Origin: Takakia lepidozioides
Taxonomy: Eukaryota > Plantae > Bryophyta
Assembly: GCA_030704615.1 (NCBI GenBank)
Contig: CM060731.1
Location: forward strand, 16,306,001 to 16,370,000
DNA length: 64,000 nucleotides
Reading direction: 5' to 3'
The position numbers were made by a program, and so were the translations under genes. The notes beneath the pieces are model-generated. The model was not told the origin of the DNA. It worked only from the letters and a program-made list of their open reading frames with translations, and made no database searches. Shown here piece by piece: positions 37,022 to 50,718 of this stretch. The first letter of the stretch is position 1; each line of letters begins with the position of its first letter.

Positions 37022-40000
37022 TTAATGCTTGCGCGGTTTTCGAAGGCTTCGAACAGTCATCACAAGCTCCTCACGCTGGGCCTCCACTTCAGCAAAGCGT
37101 AAACTCATGGAGGAATAACGTTCCCTCATATCCCGCAGCTCAGCTTCCAGTGTCTTTGTCTGCTGCTGCAGCTGTTGGACAACTTTGTCTGCATCTCCGA
37201 CGTCATCCAGTGCTACAGCCTGCATATTGTGTTGCTTGGAAAAGGCACTGCTCAAACCACCCAGCCATCAACCCCCGAGTCACTAATATTCTGCTGCTCC
37301 ACCCTCTCTCTTTCTTCCAAGTCGCAACTCATAAATCTTGCTAAATGTGAACTGGGAGCTCTAGTCAACTAGTAAGCATGCAAAATCAATAACATAATTA
37401 GATCACAAAGCCTGAAGTACTGAATAGAAGTGGGATGAGAGGGATGATGCCTAATGGCACGCTGTCCTACCTCCGTAGCTCCAATCTGTACAATTTGTTG
37501 GCCTCCATAGCCTCAGCTAATTCTGTTTCCAGAGAGACAACTCTCTCCAGCATGTTCCCCTCCCTCACAGCCTCCTTGTACTTTAGCAACCTGTCGTCCA
37601 GCTTTTCATTTACCTGTAAGCCAATGCAATATGTGCACTTGTTACAACATCAGACTTCACAAAATTAGAGAACAACTCCGGTTCCAAGTTTTGTCAGCAA
37701 CAGCCTAATCTACAAACACGTGAGAGAGAGAGACAATAACCTATGGAACTTGGGGCCCACAGATCCAGTCCAGAAGCTTGCTGCATGGAAAATATATCAA
37801 TGTCTTCCAAAGCTGCTAGGGTAATAGATTTGAGGAAGAGGGATGCATTGATGGCACCAAAGAGTGTACAGAGGAGTATTGCACTCGAAACTCTTTTACT
37901 GTCACTGGAAAGGAAGTTCATCCTGTAAAACAGACCAAATCTATGAAGGAGGTAGTCGCAATGCTGAATCTCCCAAGGACAAATCTGTGCACATATTTAT
38001 AACTAGCAAAATTGAGGCTGACTTTAAGGATGGAGTCAAGCTTAAGCCAGCATCATCCTTGAGCTTCCTGCCGAGCCTTTCTTAACTAGTGCATTGTAGG
38101 AGTACCACAAGGGTCCTCACCACTTTTCCCTCTGGGTTGATGTCCACACCTTGTCAGGCTGGCAAGGGAGAGCCTGCAGCATTTGCATCCACTTCGCTAT
38201 TTACCTTCACAAGCTGCAGCCCTCCTTGGTTGAAGTTTAGGCTGTCTGATAGCAAATTGATGCTATGCTAAGAACTTTCTAGAAGTGAAAGCTAACTATT
38301 AAAGGTTAGCTCTCTTGTGCAAGTCCCCCTTTTTTTCAGCACACTCTTGATCAAACATCAACAGTGCAATTGGCATGTTTTGATTGCTAGATAGTGAAAA
38401 AAAAAGGAAGCACTAGATCTGACCTCTGCACCCAATATAGGTAGCACACTGCCTTTTCTCAATCTGCGTGTTGCCCCATGCGATAGGGCTTCGACTTCTT
38501 ATGAGTGATAGATCATAATATTGGACGTCACACCAACATACAGAAGTAGGCCACACCCTTCAACTAAACAGACTGCAAAACATGACCTAAGGCTGCATGC
38601 CTGGTAAAGCCACTCAGGACAGAGGGTCACAAGGTTGGTAATAATGTGATGTGACTTTGCTTGATACCAAGAGTACCTAATAGGCAAGCGGCTACCGTGC
38701 AGGAAGTGGAGAGAGAGAAAGAGAGAGAGATCTCAGACCTCTTGGAGACGCTCCACTTCTTTCTGGAGCGTCTCTTGAGTGCTCAATTGCAACTGGAGCT
38801 CATGTTCATGTCGAGCTAACACTGAATTCTGGTTCTGGAGCCGTGTTAGCTGCAACCAGCAAGTCCACCATCACCTCCACCATAGTGAGCACAACATGTG
38901 GGGAGAATAGACCATACATAGACAGTAAGCAGGCGGATATAAGTCTGAACCCTGAGATGCGGGCCTATAAAGTTGACACATGTGGCAAATCACCTTCACA
39001 AAGTAACCGGAGAACAGGAGAGCACAAATACAAAAGCTTCATATGCTCATGCTTAGTTACCTTGGAAGCCACATCTGTTCATTATTTTTGGAGGTAGACT
39101 TAGGTGGGTAGAGGTGGGTAGAAGTTACCTCCATCTGTAGTTGGTCAATACCCAAGTCAGGCCCCTCCTCTGCAAGTTGCTTATTTGCAAGCTCCAAGCA
39201 CTCAATCTTGCTGAGCAACTTGTTCTCCTTCTCTTTAAAATCTTGTTTAGTTGACTCTATGTCAAGAGATCTTGACTTCACCTCACCCTGTCCATATCCA
39301 GGTTTATTTTTAGTCAGATACTCCTCTCATCCCACTGACCAGAACTGTTACGTGAAGAGAGAAGGCCAAAGGAAAGCCAAATATCAATGACTGTAGAGGT
39401 TCCTTGCCAGAGGCCTCACTGAGGAATCCCAGCAACATCAGAATGCTCAACGTGACGCAAGAGAAGCTCCACATCTCATAAGCAAATGAACACGTTTCTG
39501 GTATATCACATGAAATTAACTCCACTAGTGGAAATAGCAAGTAATTCACAGAAAATGAGTCCCATCTGTCTGCTTACCATCTGTCAGCTAAGAAAGTAAG
39601 GTTCCCATTCAATGTATCTGGTTGGGAAAACTGACCTCCAAGAACTTTGCTTTCTCTCGTAGCTCAACCAGCTCTTTTGCTTCACGTGAGTCAGACATAG
39701 TGGAAATTGGCCCAATTCTACTATTTGACCTGGAGAGCGACATTGTATGCAGTTTTGTTGCATTTCCCTTGCTTGCGAGTCTCCTGTTCTCACCCTTGTC
39801 TCGTTCTCTCAGCTTTCTTTCTGCAGCAGAGAGTGCCTTTTCAGAAGCTGAGAGTTCCTCCACTTTCCCTTGAAGCTCATCCTCAAGGACCTGCACTTTC
39901 TTTCTACACTTCTCTTTCTCATCTTCCAGCTCGGCTTCCAGCAAACGTGAGGCACCCACTGCATCCACTTCTACCTGCAATTTGGAAAGACGCTCTTCTA

Positions 40001-43000
40001 GATCCCCTTTCCCGCGCTTAATTTCCTCCATTTCCCCTAGTTTTTCTTCCAACTCCATAACTCGTTTCTCCAAAGAAGCCCTCTCCCTTTGGAGTAGGCC
40101 AGTCTCCAGGTTAACCTCCTGCAGTGATGCCTCTACTGCCCACTTTTCGTCCTGAAGTCTTTCAATTGCATTCCTTGAATTTTCCACCTCTGTTTGCAGA
40201 AGATCAGCACTCTGAGCCCTTACAGCCAACTCCTTGCCAATTTTAGCCAGACTTTCGTTCATGTTTTCTGAAGCTATGAGGTCCCGTTCAACATCCTCCA
40301 ACCGCTGTTGTGACCTGGCATCCTTCTCTCTGAGATCCTCCACCTGCTGTAGCACACCTTGCAGCCTTGCAGTGGTCTCTACCTCCTGCTTCAGCAGTGA
40401 ACACCTCTCAGCCTCCAACTTCTGTACCCTGGCCTCAAAGCCAGCATCCATCACTTGGGTTTCTGCCTTGGCCTCCCAACTGTTTACATGCACACTCTTT
40501 TCCAACTCTCCCTTCTGTGCATGAAGCTCTGCTTCTACCAGCACCTGTCAATACAATAAAACAACACCCCCATAAAAACCATAAAACGATGAAATCCACA
40601 AGTATATAGAGAGCAAGGTTAAGACCTTTTCGTGACAGTTGGGACAGCCCTCCTCCTCCATTGATGGCATTGACATATGAGACAGATACGCAGGAGATTA
40701 TTCACTTGTCACAAACCCCAAAACCTAACAACCAGAGTCAGAACAACTGAAGCCAAGAGAGAATATATGATACAAGGCAGATGATAAGCCCGACATCCTC
40801 CAATGTAAGACATAACATTGACTATCACCATTGGTTTATTTCTAGATGCAGCTATGATGTCATCTTCACCTTCTCGTCATGCATGGACGACAATTGCTTC
40901 GTCAGCTGCTGCACCTCACTTTGCAGGCTCTCAACCACACTGGTTTTCTCCCGGAGTAGAAGTTGCAGGGCTTCTGCAGCTTCCTCAGCTTGACATTTTT
41001 GTTCTCCATGCAACTGCGTCAGTTTATCAAGCTCAGACACAAAATTCATTTCCATCGCCTGGCACTCACTCTGCAACTGGACGACTTTGGCCTCTAAGGA
41101 AGCTGCCTTTGCCACTGCAGCTGCTTGGTCTTCAGTTACCCTCTGTAAGGTTTCCTCCAACCTGGTGTGACTTTCCTCTAAGTTCGCAGCTTGATCCTGT
41201 AGCTCCCGTCTAACTTCTGCGTGACCAAACACTTCCCCTCGAAGTTGCCCCACCTGCTGTTGTAAATTATGGTGAGATCTCTTGTAGCCTTCAAGCTCTG
41301 CGAAAGCAGCCCCTAACTGAACCTCCAATACTGTCACTTTCTCCTTGTGCTTGTGGAGGTTGGATTCAAGAGCAGCATGGAGTTCGTGTTTCTCATTCAG
41401 CAGATCAGAAACCCGATCTTCAGCCAGCCCTCTTTCCAGCTTATAAGTGTCCCTCTCCTCTGTCACCTTCCTGACTTGTGCTTCAAGCCCTGCAATGTTC
41501 TCTCCCAAAAGCAAGTTTCTATCTTCTAGGTCAGCCAACTGGCTCTCAAGATCTTCTTTCACTGTCCCAAGCTCCGATGCCCACTCTTCAAGATTCCTTT
41601 TGGCCGCCAAATTTTTCTCCATCTGCATCTTCAATGATATCAACTCCTCTCTTACCCCATCAGAGTGTTCCTTGGTTGCCTGCAGTGCAACCTCCATCTC
41701 CTCCTTCTCCATTTCTCGAGTCTTCTTTTCTGTCTCTAACTCCAAGGCCTTCGACTCAAGGTCAGCTTTGGAGGAGCTTAATGACTGCAGGTCGTTGGCC
41801 AACAAAGACAGCTGAAGCTCCATCTCCTCCATGCGCGACCTGAACATTGTTAACCAAAATTACACAAGGTGAAAAAAAGCCCACATATTGTTTAGGTTCA
41901 CTCAATGCGGGCTTTTCCTGTAAATGGCAAGAGAACAAGCACGAGGAAGATAACCCTATGCATATATATTGTCCCCAGTAAGTAGTTAACATCCTTCAAA
42001 CTTTCAGGGAACAGCTACAGTCAAATATTACACTGCTCAAGACACTCTACTGGTCACACTGTCAAGAATGTCACCACAGGGGTAGAGTCAGGGGTCCGCC
42101 TGGTATTGGGGCAACTAGAGTAGCTGGTGCCACCATAACCAGATCATTAGAGCTTTGTGCCTGCTTGTTTCAACAGGGTTTCCTTTTCTGTGCATCAAGG
42201 CAGAGTTAGTAGTTTGGAGTTTAAAGAACAAAGATCCATAAAATCCAAACCTCAAGTGCCACTGCACACCGTGTCTTTTCCTGAGGGTTTTATAAGTGAC
42301 TTCCATATACCTAGCTGAATAGGAGTGACGTAGGTTCAAAAAACAAGAACTCCTTCAACGGAATACCAGGCTACAGACAGTGGCTCAGTATCATGGTGAC
42401 TACTGGCAACTAACAGTCCAGATGAAGGGATGGGAGCAGAATTGCTACTAGGTCTAGGGTTGGATGTTGACATGGCCATGTCAAGGAGAAGCGAACTTTC
42501 ATAGGACTTGTCCCAAACAGGGGGCCAGATGCTCACAGAAGGTAGCACTCAAATTCGTGACACGGGTCTTAAACACTCCTTGTGGGTGATGAGGTAGCTG
42601 TGCATCTGCGAGCTGAGCTAAGTGCTGTTTCAGGTTCACTAGGAGCGTCCGCATATCCCATCCTGGGAGGAGGCCCTGATGGATGCCATTGTCCCCCGGA
42701 AGTACCGTACAAAAGACTGACAGGTTACGAAAGGGGGCAACCAAGGACTTCTGATGGCATACCAAACATTTGGCCTAGGATGTCAATCTCGTGTGCTATC
42801 ATCAACAACCACTAGCGACTCAACTGTTCATAGCAAATGATTTATTTGATTCTAATATTGACACTAGTTTGGTCTCGCAGGTTTAGGACCCATCAGGTGG
42901 CAGCTCAAATTTCCTTGAAGGTATTTCATGCTGTACGCACTGAGGTTTTCCTGAAGTCTACGAGGTTCAGTTGAGATGGCAAATCTGGCTACCTGAGAAG

Positions 43001-46000
43001 CTGTTTGTATGAATGTTCTCTCTGATGGGTAGCCTTCCCATTCTGTCAAGTGAATGAACTGTGTCCCATCCTTACCAAAAGGCCTATTTTCCCCTGTTGT
43101 CTTGTTTTCTTGCTGTTTTTGGAAAGGATGCATTTTGAACGGCATGTCAAAAAACTAAACTCAAAAGAGAAATTCTAAAAGTGTTCAGGCAAGCCAGTCA
43201 GCCAAAATGTCATTACTTTCCAACTGCAGGGACACAAGGGAATCTGTTTAGAGCTCGTGCTACCTGCTGAGAAGGCCATCTTCTTGCCCATCAAGGAGCT
43301 TGCTTTCCAGGCCAGCTCTCACACTCTCAAGCAGAGTAATCTTATCCTCCATTTCCCTTCCAGTTTCTGCATGAATGGTAATTTGTTGAAGCAGCAGCGC
43401 AATCTGCATCTCCTGCTCCTGAGCCCTTTCCAGCTTTTCAACACCTCTGGCTTTCAACCCTGTCAGAGTCTCCTCCACTTCTTGTTTCTCCAGTTCAACA
43501 CGGTTGATCAGGCCTTTTAGATTTTCGCTCTCCTCAAGCACTTGTGTTATTTCCTGCCTTGCCCTCATAAGCTCATCTTCCAGGGCCACAATTCTCGCAC
43601 ATGCAGTCTCATGCTCTTCCTCAGCACTCTCTGTAGCTATTTTGGCCCTCCTGCACCATTTTATTAGAATTTTTTATTACACACACATTGCATCACTCCA
43701 TAACTACCTCTAGCTCATGATCAGTGGAGACTTCGTGTTTAACAGAATCCAAATGTCTTGTAAAGTGGTAATGAAACAGTAATTCACACAAAGCAAGTGG
43801 CACATCATCCATCCAATGCTGCATTTCCAAACTCAGGACACCGTGTCACCACCTAGCAGATTGCCAGCTGACTGAGCCCTATCAACCACACCGTGTCTGC
43901 CTTTCAGCCCCTTCTCTAATCTGTTGGTGTATGGGCAGGTTAAGTCCATCCCTCTCCATCACTCTCTGAGACCTTTTTGACTAATCTCAGGGCAGGGAGT
44001 CTACCTTTGAACACTAAACAGATGCAGAGAGGGAAGGGAGGTCTTCAATGCCCAATGTGTGGGCAGCCTGAAGACAATATCCATACAATGTCTGGGGTAT
44101 TCTCATCCGAGAGCGACCATCTTCAGGTACATCAAGAACATAGTCCCTGCACCTCTGTCCACCAACTTTTCAAATCTCAAGGCTGAGCCTAAAGCCCTGG
44201 CCCTTTGGGGTCTAACTGTGGGCAGATCACTTAGAGCAGATTGATGCTTGAGTGAAGGGCTTTCTAGAGGCAATCTGGAAAGACCGAACAAATTGTTTAT
44301 GTCAGGGTAAGTCCCACTACTGGAGGGAGCCCCTCACAAAGGAACTGTCTGTTCACTCCTGTTCCGTCCAAACTGGGCGCGGGGTCTGTGGCCACCAGGC
44401 TACGGCGAACAACATCTTATAAAGTACATTCGAATTTCTTTGTTTGTTTTCTATCATTACAGTGTGACACTGGCAGACCAACACAGCAACATTTGCCAGC
44501 TGTGGAGGGAGTACAGGGTTATGCCAGCCATGCTAAATGGTATCAATTCTGATGTTAAAACCCTGGACTTACATCCCTCTTCCTAGATTGTAGCAGGACC
44601 ACTGTGGTGAAGTCTGTTCAGTTTCCATGCCCTGATGGGTTGCAGTATTGCAACCCACTCTAGTAGAATCATGCAAGCCTTCGCCTAAGAGGGCCAGTCC
44701 TAGCCAGGTGCGCAGGGAACAGCCAATCTCTCTCTTGCTTGAGGCCCTTCATCTTTGGGTGGCACCCTATTTATGCTGAAGTAGTTCTTGGTTTGTTCTA
44801 ATGATCCCACGGCCCTCTATGGGTAGAAATTCCTCTTGTTCTTCCTTTCTTTCTGTCTCTGTGTCGTATGGCAAACAATGTCTTATGAGTACATTCTTTG
44901 TGTTGTTCATCACGTAAGCCCCACGACAGGAGTGAGTCCCTCTCACAGGTAATATCTGTTTCCCTTTTGTTCCGCCTGAACTGGGCGCAGGGTCTACCAC
45001 CACAGGGCTATGGCAACAATGTCTTATGAGAACATTCTGTGTCGTTTTACTTGTGTATCTTGGGCCCTTTGGGCTTCCCACAAAAATGGGATTTCTTCCT
45101 TTCTCTATTTCTCTCACTCCTGGTTTGTTTCCTTTTTTGTCCCATGAGCTATTTAGGCTTCCTCCAGACATTACAAAGTTTCTATCTTTCTCTCTGTACC
45201 CTGGGGCTGAAGTCCGCTTCTGGGTTGGGGGGGAGGGGGGTATCCTGCAGGCACTACGCCCTAAGGGATACCTCATAGCCAAGATCCCAAACAACTATCA
45301 AATGAATAACCTCTCTATCTCTACTTGATTCCTTTGGGCTCCAGCCAGTGCGAGTTTTTCTTCTTTTTCTCTCTCTTCTCCCAGGATGCCCAAGGAACCC
45401 CTCCACTTCAAAAAGCTACAAAAGAAGGTCACTCCGCTACATCACATCAAACCAGCAGGATTACCTTGTTGACAGAAGATGAGAACCTACCTAAGGTCTT
45501 GCATGAGGTCTTGCAACTGGCGTGCTGATTCTTCTCTCTCCTTCATTGGCAAAAGATCAGTTTCCAGCTGAGCAATCAGTTCAGTTTTTTCAGCAAGTTC
45601 CATTTTTGACATTTTCATCTTAGAACGTAGGTCAATGTTCTCATCTGTGAGCTCCTTCATCTCTGCCTCAAGTTCCTCCACATCTTGCTGCAGCACTTTC
45701 ACCATCCTTTGTAGGTTCTGAACATCTGAACTATCAGTATCCGCATCGTCAGGAGATTTCGTGTGATTCTGGGAGGTTTCCAGTTCCAGACTTGCAATCC
45801 TTGCATAAAGCTCCTTAGTTTCCTGTTCTCTAGCAGCAACCCTCTGCTCCCAATTTCTTGCAGCCTCAGCAACCAAATTATCACGTTGACTAGACACGGA
45901 TGATTCCAGCTGAGAAATCAGCGCAATTTTTTCAGTGAGTTCCATCTTCGACATTTTAAGTTGAGAATGTAGCTCCATGTTTTCATCTGTGAGCTCTTTC

Positions 46001-49000
46001 GAGTCTGCCTCCAGTTCTTCTACATCTTGCTGCAATGTTTTCACCATCCTTTGTAGGTTCTGAACATGTGAACCATCAACATCCAAGGCACTGCCCAGTA
46101 TAGGGAAAGGAGTGTTTGCAAGAAATTGGGAGGATTCATGTTCCTGATTTGTGATCCTTGCAGAAAGCTTCTTAATTTCCTCTTCTTTGGCAGCAAGCCT
46201 CTGCTCCCACTCTGTTGCAACCTCAACAACTAGATTCTTATTTTGACTAGACAGAGACGCTTCCAGATTTTTGCTTGCTTGGGATGTCCCATCTGATTCT
46301 CTGCGTTGCTGCTCAAGAGAATCCTCCAGATCTTTAATTGCAAAAACTAACTCCATGTTGGAGTCTTGCGTCTTGCGCAGCTGCAGGTTCAGGTTGTTGA
46401 TTGTTCCCTTGTCATACAGGATTTCTTCCTTTAACTCCTTGATTGTGCGTTGGGCTTCTTCCAAGGCCCACCTGCAAATGGTTTGGTTGTTCTTAGTGCA
46501 CTCATATACAAGTGCACAACACCACTGACCTGAATATACAGAAAAGGTAGACTTACTGCACAGCTGGCTTGGACTCACCTGACTCAGTGCTTCCCGACAT
46601 GGGAGACCACTGCAAAAACCAGACACCTGCTTTTAACAAGGTTGTGCCTCATTGTAGATAGAAGAGAAAGATGGGCATTCTCAGAGGAGAAAAAGTGTAA
46701 CCTTTGTCATTCCCCAGCTCAGCCAATAATCAAAGAGGTTCTCAGAATAAAACTTTGATATAAGAAGACAGGGAAGAGTGGACAGGAACATTACATCACA
46801 ACCCCAAGGAAGCCCTTCAGGAGGACCTTAGCAACTGCATGACAAGCATTTCTTGAAACCATGTGGTGGAAGAGACACAAATTGGCCTGATTCTTGACGA
46901 TGGTCAAAACTACTACGAAGATAGACACTGACCTAGCATTGTCCACGCCAGTCTCTCGCTCCTGTGTGGCCTGCTTGGCAGATTTTAAAAGTTCGACCTC
47001 CTGCTTAAGCCGATCTCGCTCAGCCACAAGGGCTGACTTCTCTATACCATTCTCATTGCCATGCCGTATGTGAGTCACAAGCTTCTGTTTCAAGTTTTCC
47101 ACCTCAGCACCCAGCTTCTGGGCCTGCCGCTGTGAACTGACCACCTCCATGCGAAGCTCCTCAATGGTGCTTTCAGCAGCTTCCAAATCTGCCCTCAAAG
47201 TGTCTTTGCTTCCATGTGCAATAGGGCTGCCGCGAGCACTGTGAGAATGGTCACCTTGTACGCCCCAGTGGCTTCTCTCCGCCGGCCTACCATATGATTC
47301 CCGCCACCCATCTTTTGCAAGCACTGCTGGAGATGCTGACAAAGCCCGCATATGTGTGTGTCTGGAGCTTTGTGCAGGAGAAGAGTCATTGGAATCTGAG
47401 CTTGTGGCTTCCCTGGGGTTCCCACCCCTCTCAAACTTTCCTGTCAAGCTGGCAATGGGAACAGAAGAATCTCCTCTTGGGTATCCTTGCAAGCTTCCAT
47501 TGAACGAGTTACTTCCTGGTGTCGAAGGCACCTCCACTGAGTCAAGGCTGTTGCTAGATCCCTGTGACTGGAAAATATTCGGGTCCTGTGATGGCTACAA
47601 GATTCTCAGTAACAAACGGATTTCTGGGGTGATTTCACAGGCTCATGTGTGGATACTTTGGTTTGACAAAGCCAACAGAACTCTGGACACACCTAATGAT
47701 AATAAACTTCACTGGGAGGGTGGATGGTGATAGTCACTCACCTGCTGAAGTCTTGCTCGAGCAGGAGAAGGAACCGGCTGGAGTCACCAAAAAAGTGTAA
47801 GTTAACTACCCCCTCTTTTGTACACTAACCACCCACCACATGCAAGTAATTGAAATACACCCTATGACTTGATTCAAAAGTAAAGACCCAAGTTCAGGTG
47901 AGTTCTTGCAAGGAAGGACCTGGAAGTCAGCCAGGATTACTATCACTTATCACCCCAATGTTAAGAAATAAATTTTAAGAACAGCATGGGCTGACCTTCA
48001 AAGGTCTTTGCAGCTGTTGGGCACCACTGTTCCCCATACTTGTCAACGAAGCAGCACTGCCTGAGCCAAAGTTCCCAGACTTGTCAAAATCATCCGGGTC
48101 ATCGTCCCCTGAGGGTGCCTCTGCTTCCTCTTCATCCAACTCCACCTCATTGTTGAGTTTTATTCGCCTATCTAACTCCCTGTCACTGCCATTGAGAGCA
48201 CAAATTGAGCCTCTCTTTTGCATACAGGCCAAGTCATGGAGTCAGAGTCTAGGTTAGTATGGTTAACATGGGATATACTGCTCAAGCGAGAACCCGACAC
48301 AAGTCTACTCTGTGACTCTTCAGTCTCTTAGTTCTTGATGAACAACGGGGACTAAGTACATAGATCACCTTCACACACTGGACAGTTGACAAAACCCAAC
48401 TGAGAAAAGATTCTTACCTCTAACCCGTGTAAATGGATCTGGGAAAAAGGACACCCATGTCCCCAGCTGTGGGTATGATAGTAGGAATAGGGTACACTCA
48501 GCTCTTGGCAAGCATCAGAAAGACCGTCATAGCACCTTGTTTCACTCAGTCCGAGAGGCTGTAGGCAATGTTGAGAGCTGTGATCCTGAATTTTAGCTTC
48601 TGGGTATATTTCTCACATTGCATTCTTCCTAACAGAAAGCACTTTCTGGTGGAAACCCGTATGGCCAGGTTCCAACTTTATTTCAGAAAGTGGAATGAGC
48701 CATCTGTTATGGTCGGCCCTCCTCTCTTCTGCCTCTCGCCTCTATTTTGCTCCATCCAAAGCCAGAGGCAAGGTCTATGCCGTACGGCTCCAAGACTATG
48801 TTTTCTATTCCACAGACACTTTGTTAAACAAAGAGAGGGACAGAAATGGGAGGTACCTGGAGCCAGTTCTAGGCGTCAGGCAGGTGATGGTGACCTGTCA
48901 TAGTGTCGAGGAACCTTCTTGTGAGTAATTACCACTTTACACAGGAAATCAAAAATGAATCAGGCACAAAGACATCTATTCCTTATGAAAGTGGTGCAAA

Positions 49001-50718
49001 AAATTGGTGGACAAACTAGGCTTAAAAAAGAACAGATCAAAGGTGATAGGAGCTAAGAGCAGTACAAAGGCAATGGAAGCATTTACAATTTTCTGCACTT
49101 AACATCAAGAAAACCAGTCTTGTGACTGCATAATCTTGTCAATTTCGTCCTTACGCTGCCAAGAAATTTTATCTGTCTGTCCATACAAAGTTTTGCATAG
49201 ATGCCTATGCTTTGAGGGCTTACATGAAGGACAGTGCCTGTATTGCAATTCTTTAGAGGCAACGCTCTCTGTGCTGGATGGTTGGAGCTGGCAAACTCTC
49301 CTAGGTTGATGACTACCTCACCAAGTATGCCTGCACGAGACGACCCCTGTCCAACCAACTTGTATCAGTTAGTGCTGTCACTGCCTCTCTTTCCTTGCCT
49401 TGGCGCAAAATAAAGGCTGGCAAGGCCTGCTGGTAGTTCTTCCTCTATCCCCCTCCCTCTCATCATGCCTCTCTGCCCTATCGCAAATCCCATACTCTGA
49501 ATGGCTAGATCCCCTCTAGGTACAATAGACAGTATGGAGGAGACCAAAAGAGAGTTGTAACCAAGAAAAGAAAAAGTTGCTGGAAAAGGACAATGATCTA
49601 CTTAAGCCCAGAACCCATTACCGATGAAACAACAAACTTGTAACTTTTCTCCTCATATTCCTTGATGCTGTGATCATACAGCAGCCTGGTCGACTCTATG
49701 ACAGGGTCAGGCCACTGGCAGTTGCCATTCTTCACCACTGTTCTAGGTGTCTTGGCAACAGCCCTCCCAGTCTCAAGAGGAATCAATGACACCACCAGCT
49801 TATCCCATCCTTGCAGTGGCACCTGCCACACATGAACCCTTGCCAATGTCAGGAGGAACAAAGGTGAGGGATGATGTAGCAATTAATCACCTAATTTGCT
49901 CTTACTGAGAGGTAGAGACTGGCTCAGGGAAAAGGAAAGTGATATATGAACAGCAAGAGAGCGACTGTGGTTCAAGATGCACAAAGGGAATGGAAATTGC
50001 CTTTCTTCCCTGCTCTTTCTGAAGCCACAAAACCTATCTGGCTGCAACCTTACAACTGTCTGTACTGAGTTGTATGACCTAGGTGAACACCCATCCAGCT
50101 GTCCAGCCTAATTTGCAATCATATGGAGGCTCAATGTTCCATTTCGAAATGATTCACGGACTGTCACAACCCTTGCCTGGTTCAAGAAGAGAATTTCTGA
50201 GCACAATAATATGAGAGATTGCATTGGATATCAGAAGCTTAGTGCTATGTAACTTATCCAAAGAGGAAAAGCTCTCATGAATGACCTGTAAAGCAGTAGT
50301 GTAGATCAACCTGGTATTGCCTCTCCCTCACTCAAACAGGTCCAAGTGAGACCAATCCTAGTCGCTTTATCGTCACTTTTGGATTGGGGGAACAAAAATT
50401 GGAAACCAAGGTCAGAGGGGAGGTGTGAGTAAGTCACTGGGAAACATAGACGATAAGGAAGTCCGAAGAAACAGTCAAAACAATGAGAGGAAATGGGACA
50501 CATAAATAGACTGCATTGTCTGCATTATCGTCAGAAGAGAGGCAGGTCGCGTGACTAGAGACAGAGAAGATAGCAGAAAGAGGAGAAGCAGGGAGAAAAT
50601 GAGTAGAGGGGACGAAGCTGACAGGAGGAGAGGAACTGACCCGAGTAGCATGGAAATTCAATTTGAAGTCAGTCTTCTCCCTTATCTTTTCCGGCTTCTT
50701 CCTTAAAGATTTGAACAT
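37022..50718 (-). CDS. NT-C2 (EEIG1/EHBP1-type) domain plus long coiled-coil protein (myosin-heavy-chain-related plant family), many exons
   Basis: 5' exons KTDFKLNFHATR / VPLQGWDKLVVSLIPLETGRAVAKT..KFVVSS / GSSRAGILGEVVINL..LPLKNCNTGTVLH; LQLRKTQDSNMELVFAIKDLE; heptad-rich exons 39635-46471; C-terminus LRDMRERYSSMSLRFAEVEAQREELVM. Confidence 0.9.
43790..44450 (+). mobile_element. Intronic LINE ORF2 3' remnant (zf-RVT-like), antisense to the host gene
   Basis: CPMCGQPEDNIH motif in a frameshifted context within an intron. Confidence 0.45.
45540..46245 (-). repeat. In-frame intragenic tandem duplication, period 342 nt (114 aa)
   Basis: WEQRLAAKEEE..VQNLQRMVKTLQQDVEELEADSKELTDENMEL versus WEQRVAAREQE..VQNLQRMVKVLQQDVEELEAEMKELTDENIDL; ACCATCCTTTGTAGGTTCTGAACAT at 45701 and 46043. 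Confidence 0.9.

Noticed and set aside
42060-42863. Possible solo LTR (TGTCAA...TTGACA) in an intron
   Set aside because: No matching target-site duplication on the flanks
44767-45328. 175-aa and 100-aa intronic ORFs
   Set aside because: Low complexity, no domain, lie within TE-like debris
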